A stretch of 49,841 nucleotides of DNA from an uncultured archaeon (lineage in GTDB: Archaea; Aenigmatarchaeota; Aenigmatarchaeia; QMZP01; JAFGSV01): the NCBI GenBank assembly GCA_964442905.1, contig CAYUBD010000001.1, positions 1 to 49,841 of the forward strand, in the 5' to 3' direction. Under the pieces are notes generated by a model. That model was not told the origin of the DNA. It saw nothing but the letters and a program-made list of their open reading frames with translations, and made no database searches. The position numbers were made by a program, and so were the translations under genes. Of this stretch, positions 34,425-42,102 are shown one piece after another. How positions within the stretch are numbered: position 1 is the stretch's first letter; every line of letters begins with the position of its first letter.

Positions 34425-35830
34425 CCCAAAAGCATGGCTATCCCGAGAAGCACTATTATCGACCCTGCCACAAGGTGCAGGTACTTTATGTTATTGTCCT
34501 TCCATCCTGAGACGTTCTCGACTTCCCTGACACCGAGATATACGACTATGGTTATAGCAGCCATCGGGAGAACGAATATAAGGTTGTAAAGCAGCAGAAG
34601 CGGTATCGTCTGCAGAAGGTCCATGGCTGACAATATGCCACCGGCTATCACGTAAGGACCTATTGTGCATGGAAGAAGGAATATAGTCACGAAAGCGCCC
34701 ACTACGAATGCTCCGGCAGGGGATGTTATCTGGCCTATGACCTTCTTGAGCCTGGGCCTCATGAACATGGGCATCTCGGTCATCAGGCCGCCTGGCTTGT
34801 ACCAGAAGAAATCCTTGAGGTTCAGTATCCCCAGTATGATTGCGGCGAATCCGAGTATCTTGTAGAGCGTCAGCCTCACATATGTTATGGCCTGTATGAG
34901 CTGGAAGAACTTTATTATGACAAGACCGTAGATTATGTACATCACGAAGACGGAAACCGTGAAGGCTATTCCGGCAAGCAGGATGTTCCTCTTCTTCTCA
35001 GGGTTGTAAGTGAGTATCGATATGAGCATGAGCGTAAGCACGGCCAGCGCGCACGGATTGACGGCATCCACTGCAGCCAGCGACAGCAGCTTCACGAGTG
35101 TGATATCCACAGGGCTTTCGCTCATTTCAGCATGGGTGATGTTGTCACACGGATGGTCTACTGTATGGTTCGTCTCTACGCATTCACCGTTCCACTCAAG
35201 CTTTGTGTTCCCGATTATCAGGGCATGCTGAAAATCCACACTGCTTCCCGAAAGAGGTACTGGCTCTGCGACATCGAGAGAGAAATCCTCACCTTCGACA
35301 ATCTTTGTGATGTCTTCCTCTGTGAGGAGCGCCCTCATTACCGAATCATCAGAACCACTGCCGGGAACGAGAATCCTGTCCTTCGTCCATATCTTGGGTT
35401 TTCCCGGAAGCGATGAGATGTCAAGTTCTTCGATGGCGACGTTCCTCCCGTCTAAAAGCGGACATCCACTCTTTCCAAGATTCCCCATGAAAGCCTCGGC
35501 GTTCTGTATTATTGGAATGTCCCCTATGAGCGCGTTGTCACTATCGAATATCAGAAGGGGCACACCCATGCCAGAGCCGTATACCTCATCATAGCTGTAA
35601 AGCAATGGAGCGTTCTCCCCAATCTGATAAAGCTCATACTCTATGATTACGAGTTCAGGGTGGCTGACAAGAAGGTCGTTCAGTACAAATGGGTCTGCAT
35701 TGGCACAATGCGGGCAACCTATGCCTGTGAAATAGACCGCGCATATGCTTTTATCAGCCTGCGCACTTGCCTGCGGGACCGCGAGAGCAATCAAAGCCAA
35801 TATTACCAGAAATGTTATTGCATTTTTCAT
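34415..35830 (-). CDS. Extracytoplasmic thioredoxin-like domain fused to a CcdA/DsbD-type thiol-disulfide transmembrane transporter
   Basis: Signal peptide; 'GIGCPHCANADP' in the N-terminal domain; a C-terminal 6-TM region with 'VNPCALAVL' and 'LLPCTIGPY'. Confidence 0.75.
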   Translation of the reverse strand: MKNAITFLVILALIALAVPQASAQADKSICAVYFTGIGCPHCANADPFVLNDLLVSHPELVIIEYELYQIGENAPLLYSYDEVYGSGMGVPLLIFDSDNALIGDIPIIQNAEAFMGNLGKSGCPLLDGRNVAIEELDISSLPGKPKIWTKDRILVPGSGSDDSVMRALLTEEDITKIVEGEDFSLDVAEPVPLSGSSVDFQHALIIGNTKLEWNGECVETNHTVDHPCDNITHAEMSESPVDITLVKLLSLAAVDAVNPCALAVLTLMLISILTYNPEKKRNILLAGIAFTVSVFVMYIIYGLVIIKFFQLIQAITYVRLTLYKILGFAAIILGILNLKDFFWYKPGGLMTEMPMFMRPRLKKVIGQITSPAGAFVVGAFVTIFLLPCTIGPYVIAGGILSAMDLLQTIPLLLLYNLIFVLPMAAITIVVYLGVREVENVSGWKDNNIKYLHLVAGSIIVLLGIAMLLGWV

Positions 35831-35910
35831 GGTATCATATTTTGTTTGTTTATATAAAATATTTTACGGTTTTCTTCGCTTTTCGGCATAGGATTTTTTT
35901 GCAGTTTCTT

Positions 35911-36237
35911 TTACAATCTTCCTCTTCCCTGACCGCCGCCGCCCCGGCCTTGACCTCTGCCGTCCCGGGGTCCTATACCGAGACCTTTTCCCCCGCCGGA
36001 TCCCATACCTCTGCCACGGCCGTATCCCTGGCTAAATTTAGTGTCCGTATCCTTATTGCCGGTTCCAGTATCATCAAGCATGAGAGCTCCTGTGGGGCAT
36101 GCATTTGCAGCATCATGCAGGCATCCTGCCTTTTCATTACTTATTCTCGCCTTTCCCCCGGACATTTCTATTCCTTCCGGGCAGACGCCCGCGCAGGCTC
36201 CGCAACCCGCACACCTTGCTTCGTCTATTCTTACCAT
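35911..36237 (-). CDS. Mono-cluster ferredoxin fused to a Gly/Arg-rich tail
   Basis: 'CAGCGACAGVCP ... C...ANACP' has the same Cys pattern as the 55-aa ferredoxin. It is followed by 'GYGRGRGMGSGGGKGLGIGPRDGRGQGRGGGGQGRGRL'. Confidence 0.8.
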   Translation of the reverse strand: MVRIDEARCAGCGACAGVCPEGIEMSGGKARISNEKAGCLHDAANACPTGALMLDDTGTGNKDTDTKFSQGYGRGRGMGSGGGKGLGIGPRDGRGQGRGGGGQGRGRL

Positions 36238-36238
36238 C

Positions 36239-36541
36239 TTAAACCTTCCACCCTTCCTGCGCCAGTTTCATGAATCTTGCCTTTTCCTTCTCATCCATTT
36301 CGGTCATTTTTACCTCAATCTCTACATTCCTGTCCAGCTTCCTTATGTATTCCTTTACAAGTTTGATGAGACCTTCCTTAATCGGGATATTCAGGAACGG
36401 AAGCGCCAACGTAAGAGTAACTTTATCCTTTCCGATGCTTATATTTCTTATCATCCCGAGCTTCACAAGGCTGTAACTTATCTCCGGATGCATGGCCTTT
36501 GATAGTGCACCTTCAACATCTTCTTTTGAGATTTGTTCCAT
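36239..36541 (-). CDS. DUF59 (MIP18/SufT-like) Fe-S assembly domain protein
   Basis: 'V..AL..V.DPE(I)...LV.LGMI' core ('ALSKAMHPEISYSLVKLGMI'). The start is set at the ATG at 36541, and its stop abuts the next gene's ATG. Confidence 0.7.
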   Translation of the reverse strand: MEQISKEDVEGALSKAMHPEISYSLVKLGMIRNISIGKDKVTLTLALPFLNIPIKEGLIKLVKEYIRKLDRNVEIEVKMTEMDEKEKARFMKLAQEGWKV

Positions 36542-36554
36542 ATCAGTCCCTCTT

Positions 36555-36914
36555 TTATCCATCGGCCGCATTCTCCATAAGACTTTCAATTCTTTCTATA
36601 CTCTTTTCTGCAACTTTTATTTCTTTGTTGAAATGCCTTTTCATCCTTTCGAGAAAAGCTTTCTTTTCCTCTTTAGTATTAAAATTTTCCATAAGCTTCT
36701 TGGTTTTTTTCAGATTCTCTTCCACTTCTTGTGGAATCTTTTCACTATCATGCTCTACTGCTCCTTGAGGACATGCATCATGGCATTTTCCGCATCTAAT
36801 GCATTTTTCCATGTCTATTTCAGCCTTTCCTTCTTCCAGGCTGATAGCTCCTGATGGACACATTTTGACGCAAATTCCGCAACCAGTGCATCTCTCTTTA
36901 TCAATCCATGGCAT
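36555..36914 (-). CDS. 2x[4Fe-4S] ferredoxin with a charged helical C-terminal tail
   Basis: 'CTGCGICVKMCP' and 'CIRCGKCHDACP', then about 65 aa rich in K/E that are predicted to be helical. GAGGTG SD upstream. Confidence 0.8.
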   Translation of the reverse strand: MPWIDKERCTGCGICVKMCPSGAISLEEGKAEIDMEKCIRCGKCHDACPQGAVEHDSEKIPQEVEENLKKTKKLMENFNTKEEKKAFLERMKRHFNKEIKVAEKSIERIESLMENAADG

Positions 36915-36985
36915 TTCAACACCTCGATTTTTTAATTCCGTGTTAAATCATTTTATATAATTTCAATACTTAATAATTTTACCCA

Positions 36986-37372
36986 TTATCTCTTGCGCTT
37001 TGGTACAGGATCTCTTATCACGGTTTCCGGGTCAGTCGTGGAGAGGAAAACGTTCTTTGTCATTTTGAGAGCACCCGTAGGGCATATGTCCTGGCACAGG
37101 CCGCAGAAGCAGCATTTGCCAAGGTCAATCTTCGGGTAGGTTTTCTTGTATTTATCCTTATATTTTTTTGGCAATTCTACCATTTCTATGGCTTTATTCG
37201 GACATATCCTGGCGCAAAGCCCGCAGGACACGCACTTGTTTATGTCGTAGTCATGCTCTCCCCTGTATCCTTCGGCTATGTGTATAGATTCCGCGGGAAA
37301 CCTAACCGTAATCGGTCTTCTGAACATGTTCTTAATAACCTCTGATAACATTCCGAATTTCATTTTCTTCAC
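36986..37372 (-). CDS. NuoI/MbhN-like 2x[4Fe-4S] subunit
   Basis: 'CVSCGLCARICP' and 'CCFCGLCQDICP'. ATGA overlap with the upstream gene. Confidence 0.8.
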   Translation of the reverse strand: MKKMKFGMLSEVIKNMFRRPITVRFPAESIHIAEGYRGEHDYDINKCVSCGLCARICPNKAIEMVELPKKYKDKYKKTYPKIDLGKCCFCGLCQDICPTGALKMTKNVFLSTTDPETVIRDPVPKRKR

Positions 37373-38472
37373 CTATCCATATCTGCCGGGCATGGATTCA
37401 AGCTCCAGTAAATAGCCGGCACGTCTGCAATCTGGCTGCCTACCAGCAGATGCTCGAGAACCGGTATCATATGCAAAAATGACGGTCCCCTTATCTTGCA
37501 TCTGTAGGGACTCCCGGTTCCGTCTCCGACCATATACACGCCTGCCTCTCCTCTTGCAATCTCATTCCTTATGTATACTTCCCCCTTTGGAATCTTGGCA
37601 GCCAATTCGGGCTTCAGCGAAGGCTCTCTCACTTTCCCTCCGGGCAATTCATTCAGAGCCTGCCTTACGATTTTCATCGACTGCTCGATTTCCCTTATCC
37701 CGATAACATATCTGGAGTACGAGTCTCCTTCATTCATAATCGGGACATCAAAATCAAACTGGTCATATACTTCATACGGATCGTCGAGTCTCACATCGGT
37801 CTTCATACCGCTTGCCCTCAGGACAGGTCCGGTCGCGCCCAATCTCACAGCATCTTTCAGTTTTAGCACACCGATACCCTTCATTCTTGAGAGCAGAGCG
37901 GGGTTTTCGAGCTTTTCCAGCATCTTCATTCTGTCTACCTTATCCAGAACCTTTAGTATTCTTTCTCTGGCTCTGTCAGGCAAGTCCCTTCTTACCCCTC
38001 CCGGGCATATGTAGCCTGCGGGATAGACCCTTCCCCCGGTGACGGACTCGAAGATATCCAGTATGTAGTCCCTGTAGCCGAATGCCAGCTTGAACCCCGT
38101 ATCGAAGCCGGTGCCCATTGACATAGCGCCATACCAGATGATATGAGATTGTATCCTGGACAGCTCTGCCATTATGACCCTTATGTATTTCGCCCTTTCC
38201 GGAATCACTGTTCCAGTCAGCTCGTCCACAGCTTCTGCATGTGCCAGGTTCCATGCAAGCGGCTCCAGTACACAGATCCTCTCAGATAACACCCCATTCA
38301 GCATAGGTGTCCTGCTTTCCATTAATTTCACAAAACCCCTGTGCAGATATCCCGGATCTGACTTGGCACCTGTGACATTTTCCCCGTTCACCTTCAGTTT
38401 TACGGAGAAATTTCCGGAGCCTGGATGGGCCGGTCCAAATGGAAGGTCGTAATCTTTTGACACTTCAATCAT
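37369..38472 (-). CDS. NuoD/[NiFe]-large-subunit-like protein lacking two of the four Ni-Fe cysteines
   Basis: Collinear with MbhL, but the motifs read 'RICVLEPLAW' and 'NPCPADMDR' and the protein ends there (no cleavable tail). Confidence 0.85.
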   Translation of the reverse strand: MIEVSKDYDLPFGPAHPGSGNFSVKLKVNGENVTGAKSDPGYLHRGFVKLMESRTPMLNGVLSERICVLEPLAWNLAHAEAVDELTGTVIPERAKYIRVIMAELSRIQSHIIWYGAMSMGTGFDTGFKLAFGYRDYILDIFESVTGGRVYPAGYICPGGVRRDLPDRARERILKVLDKVDRMKMLEKLENPALLSRMKGIGVLKLKDAVRLGATGPVLRASGMKTDVRLDDPYEVYDQFDFDVPIMNEGDSYSRYVIGIREIEQSMKIVRQALNELPGGKVREPSLKPELAAKIPKGEVYIRNEIARGEAGVYMVGDGTGSPYRCKIRGPSFLHMIPVLEHLLVGSQIADVPAIYWSLNPCPADMDR

Positions 38473-38987
38473 GCTTCCTCCTCCCAGTAAACTTTTTCTC
38501 TTTCGTTTTCCTTGTCATAATGCTCCTTTCTTACGTATGCTTTCCAGTCAAAGTCACGCCTGAATGGTGGGGGCCCTTTCCAGTTCTCCAGGAAGAGTTC
38601 TGACAGGTCGGGATTTCCGGTGAATTTCACTCCGAAAAGCTCGTGTGACTCCCTTTCGTGTATCTGGGCGTTCTTCCCCCATATCGTGCCGACAGAATCG
38701 ATGACAGGGTCCTTCCTACTTATCTTTGTCTTTATGGTAAGCGCCATTTTATCATCGTATGACCATAGATGGTATGCGATTACGTATTTCCCCTCTTTAA
38801 GTATATCCGTGACGGAAATTGCAGATAGGTGGTCAAATCCGAGACCTTTCACATGCTTGCACAGGCTCGGCAGCTTTGCCTTCGTGGTTTCCACCCAAAT
38901 CCTGCGCTCTTTTTGGACCCTCACGTCGGCTGAGAATTTTCTCCTTATCTTACCAGCCATTTCCTTCCCACTTATATTAGTGCTCAT
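38469..38987 (-). CDS. NuoC/MbhK-like subunit
   Basis: NuoC-like 'LSAISVTD ... HLWS ... ERE.HELFG' features. The start at 38987 forms ATGA with the upstream stop. Confidence 0.8.
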   Translation of the reverse strand: MSTNISGKEMAGKIRRKFSADVRVQKERRIWVETTKAKLPSLCKHVKGLGFDHLSAISVTDILKEGKYVIAYHLWSYDDKMALTIKTKISRKDPVIDSVGTIWGKNAQIHERESHELFGVKFTGNPDLSELFLENWKGPPPFRRDFDWKAYVRKEHYDKENEREKVYWEEEA

Positions 38988-39424
38988 TTGCTCTCCTTCC
39001 CGTTCATCTTTTCCACGTGTTCGACAATCTGGTGGATGGCATGGAATACTGCCTCGGGCCTCGGCGGACACCCGGGTATGTACATGTCCACAGGTATATG
39101 GTCCCCCACCCTTTTAACGGTATTGTAAGAATCCCAGTACATCCCACCGCTCATGGTGCATGAACCCATGGCTATAACAACTCTCGGCTCAGGCATCTGC
39201 TCATATATCCTTTTGGCTCTTTCCATGGACTTGAAGGTCTGGTATCCCGCGATGATCAGGCAGTCAGCGTGCCTGGGTGACCCGACCGGTATTATGCCGA
39301 ACCTCTCCATGTCCCACCTAGAGCCGACAACTGGCAGCAGTTCCGTGAAACCGCAGGAATTGAACCAGTTAAAAATCCATATGGATTTTACGAGCCGTTT
39401 TAGTTTTTTTGATTCTTCAGACAT
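38984..39424 (-). CDS. NuoB/MbhJ-like subunit with only three cluster cysteines
   Basis: 'NSCGFTELL' (compared with MbhJ 'GSCNGCDIE'), 'GSCTMSGG' and 'GCPPRPE'. Confidence 0.85.
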   Translation of the reverse strand: MSEESKKLKRLVKSIWIFNWFNSCGFTELLPVVGSRWDMERFGIIPVGSPRHADCLIIAGYQTFKSMERAKRIYEQMPEPRVVIAMGSCTMSGGMYWDSYNTVKRVGDHIPVDMYIPGCPPRPEAVFHAIHQIVEHVEKMNGKESK

Positions 39425-39447
39425 CTGTTCACCAATATTTCAAAATA

Positions 39448-39855
39448 TTATCCAAGATTCTTGTCCAGCCATTCCCGTACCAATGGCTCTCCCATGGCCC
39501 CAAGGAATTCATCGGCAACCTGACCGTTTTTGAACATCTTTACAGCCGGGATGCCTGTAATTCCATATTTTTGAGCAAGCTCCTGGTTTTCATTGACATC
39601 GACTTTTGCCAGAATGAATTTCCCTTTATAGTCATTGGCCAGCTTCTCCAGTATCGGGCCAAGTATAAGGCATGGAGAGCACCACACCGCCCAGAAATCA
39701 ACGACAACGGGAACCTTCTGCGACTGGTCTATAACCAGTTGCTGAAAGTTGTCAGCACCAACTTCGATTTTGGTTTCCATGTTCTTTTCCACTTTTGTTT
39801 TTTCAAGCATGTTCTCCATTTTCTCTTTTCTTATCCTGGCAAGCTCATCATCCAT
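39448..39855 (-). CDS. Thioredoxin paralogue (WCSPC) with an N-terminal helical extension
   Basis: 'VVVDFWAVWCSPCLIL ... GIPAVKMFKNG', roughly 60% identical by eye to the 30845-31186 thioredoxin. The start is set at the ATG at 39855. Confidence 0.85.
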   Translation of the reverse strand: MDDELARIRKEKMENMLEKTKVEKNMETKIEVGADNFQQLVIDQSQKVPVVVDFWAVWCSPCLILGPILEKLANDYKGKFILAKVDVNENQELAQKYGITGIPAVKMFKNGQVADEFLGAMGEPLVREWLDKNLG

Positions 39856-39856
39856 T

Positions 39857-39870
39857 CTATCACGTGATAG
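39857..39870. promoter_or_regulatory. Perfect 14-bp palindrome CTATCACGTGATAG (candidate operator)
   Basis: Lies between the minus-strand TATA-like TTTTAATATAT (about 39886-39896) and the trx start codon (39855), over the predicted transcription start. Confidence 0.4.
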
Positions 39871-39996
39871 TGGATATTGTATTTGATATATTAAAATATT
39901 TTGTCCAGATTTGAAACCAGAGATTAACATAATCGGGAGGCCTTTTAGCATAGTATCTATAAGAACAGAAAACAATTTACAAGCAGGCGATGAAAA

Positions 39997-40725
39997 ATGA
40001 ATGACATTTTACTGATAGTATTTTTGATATTTGTCGGGCAAACCTTGGGCTCTCTGGTAGGACTGATAAAAAAACCGAAAAAGACTTTTTTATACGCTTC
40101 CCTGGCATTCGCTGCTTCCATGATGCTGGGCATATCCTTCTTCCAGCTGATACCCGAAAGCATGGAAATCGCGTCTCTCCATATAGTGGCAGCCTCCTTC
40201 TTTCTTGGAATAGCAATAATGTGGATTGTTGACAAGCTTTTACCCCATATAAATCCTGAGCTGCTCAAAAAAGAGAAGCCTTCTGTTAAAAGAAGCGTTA
40301 CCATGCTTGTTATTGGCATAGCCTTGCATAATTTCCCAGAAGGATTGGCAATTGGGGTCGGTTTTGCTTTGACACCTGCTTTGGGAATTATGATAGCATT
40401 AGGGATTGCGGCCCAGGATATTCCGGAGAATATCGCTACAATCGTCCCATTGTACGGCTTAACCAAAAAGAGAATGAAATCTTTTGTTATACTGACAGCA
40501 ACGATATTGTTTGAGGTTATTGGCTTTGTTTTCGGCTATTATCTTTTAAGAGGAATGTCACTAGGATTGTTAGGAGCATCTCTTGCAATTGCAGCAGGGT
40601 TTATGACTTATATCTCCATAGAAGAACTGATTCCGGCGGCACAAATAAAACAAAATCCTAAGATAGGTTTTACCGGTATTATTTTGGGATTAGTGTGTGT
40701 CTTGTTAATAAGCCTTTTGGGCTAA
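39997..40725 (+). CDS. zupT: ZIP-family zinc transporter
   Basis: Eight hydrophobic segments and the ZIP signature 'ALHNFPEGLAIG' / 'AAQDIPENIA'. Confidence 0.85.
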   Translation: MNDILLIVFLIFVGQTLGSLVGLIKKPKKTFLYASLAFAASMMLGISFFQLIPESMEIASLHIVAASFFLGIAIMWIVDKLLPHINPELLKKEKPSVKRSVTMLVIGIALHNFPEGLAIGVGFALTPALGIMIALGIAAQDIPENIATIVPLYGLTKKRMKSFVILTATILFEVIGFVFGYYLLRGMSLGLLGASLAIAAGFMTYISIEELIPAAQIKQNPKIGFTGIILGLVCVLLISLLG

Positions 40726-40754
40726 AGTGGTGAAAATTGTTAAAAACCACACTT

Positions 40755-42050
40755 TTACTTCACAGACTCGCAGGCCGAGACAATCGCATCGGCAAATGGC
40801 AGTGGTGTCAGTTCCGGATGCGCAGCATAATTCACTTTGAGCAGGTCGCTGATTGTTGATTTTTTCTGGATAGCGAGAGAAATTACGTTAATAATTCCCG
40901 GCACGATGTGGCCAGAGCCTATAACCTGCGCCCCTATCACCTTCTTATCATCATCGAAAACCAGTTTTGTCGTCAATGGCTTCGCGTCAGGCTGGGTATC
41001 GTATTTGTCCAGCGTTTCGCTCGTTCCTACTTTGTAATTTATTTCCTCGACCTTTGCCTGCTCTTCCGTCAGTCCCACTCTTCCCAGGGAATGTCCGGCT
41101 ATCTCCGTTACGGTTGGGTTAAGCACTCCCTCAAATGCAGACTTCCTGCCGCATATGCTCATCCCTGCGACCTTTGCCTGCAGGACCACTGTGATTACCA
41201 GTCCGCTTTGCAGGGGATTCTTTGTCAGCATGGAAAACGTCTCGGCACAGTCGCCCACGGCGTAAACATTCTTGATGTTAGTCCTCATCCTTCTGTCTGT
41301 TTTTATGCCGAACTTCCCCACCTTTATCCCGCTTCTTTCCGCCAGACCCGTTTCGGCCCTTACCCCGGCCGTCATCAGAACGACATCGGCCTTTATGTCC
41401 ATGCCTCCTGCGTGAACGGCTTTGACTTTGCTGTCACCTATCAGCTTTTCGACAGGCTTACCCAATAATACATTTACTCCGTTTTTCGACAGCGCGTCCT
41501 CAATCTTTCCGGAGAATTCACGGTCAAATGAAGGAAGCAGATATGGCAGCATTTCGACCAGAGAAACCTTGAACTTATCCGACAGCAGAGCGGCCGTCTC
41601 CACGCCTATCATGCCTCCGCCGATTATAGCGATGTCATGCGAGGCTTTCAGCGCCTTGGATATCTTCATGGTGTCATCAGCTGTTCTTATCGTAAAGACA
41701 TTCTCCAGGCCTATGCCATCTATCGGGAGGAGAAACGGCTCCGCGCCGGTTGCAAAAACCAGATGGTCGTATCTGAAGCTTTCCTTTTTTGTCCTGACCG
41801 TCCTGCTTTTGACATCAACTGATAGGGCTTCATCATGTATCAGCCTGGCGCCCGTTCCTGTTATCATGGATTCAGGCTTTTTGCATTTCCCGAGGCTGTC
41901 AATGCCCGCAAGCACGTAGGGTGACGAGCACCGGATGAAAATGCTTTTCTCTTTACCTATAACGGTTATGTCAGCGTCTGGTCTGATCTTCTTGATCACA
42001 TGGGACGTGACAATTCCCCCGGCACCAGCTCCTATAATGACGACTTTCAT
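40755..42050 (-). CDS. FAD-dependent pyridine nucleotide-disulfide oxidoreductase (CoA-disulfide reductase / NAD(P)H sulfur reductase / NADH oxidase class)
   Basis: 'VIIGAGAGG' FAD motif, single redox Cys context 'FIRCSSPYVL', second dinucleotide motif 'IIGGGMIGVE', and 'AVGDC'. Confidence 0.85.
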   Translation of the reverse strand: MKVVIIGAGAGGIVTSHVIKKIRPDADITVIGKEKSIFIRCSSPYVLAGIDSLGKCKKPESMITGTGARLIHDEALSVDVKSRTVRTKKESFRYDHLVFATGAEPFLLPIDGIGLENVFTIRTADDTMKISKALKASHDIAIIGGGMIGVETAALLSDKFKVSLVEMLPYLLPSFDREFSGKIEDALSKNGVNVLLGKPVEKLIGDSKVKAVHAGGMDIKADVVLMTAGVRAETGLAERSGIKVGKFGIKTDRRMRTNIKNVYAVGDCAETFSMLTKNPLQSGLVITVVLQAKVAGMSICGRKSAFEGVLNPTVTEIAGHSLGRVGLTEEQAKVEEINYKVGTSETLDKYDTQPDAKPLTTKLVFDDDKKVIGAQVIGSGHIVPGIINVISLAIQKKSTISDLLKVNYAAHPELTPLPFADAIVSACESVK

Positions 42051-42102
42051 ATTATCTCTATCTTATTTGTTTTATTTATTTTATGACCGCAGCTTTACAA
42101 GT

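Noticed and set aside
36986-39424. The possibility that the NuoBCDI-like genes are decaying pseudogene copies of mbhJKLN
   Set aside because: All four frames are intact and full length, with preserved ATGA translational coupling and intact NuoI-type clusters. The substitutions are confined to specific ligand positions, which points to neofunctionalisation rather than decay.
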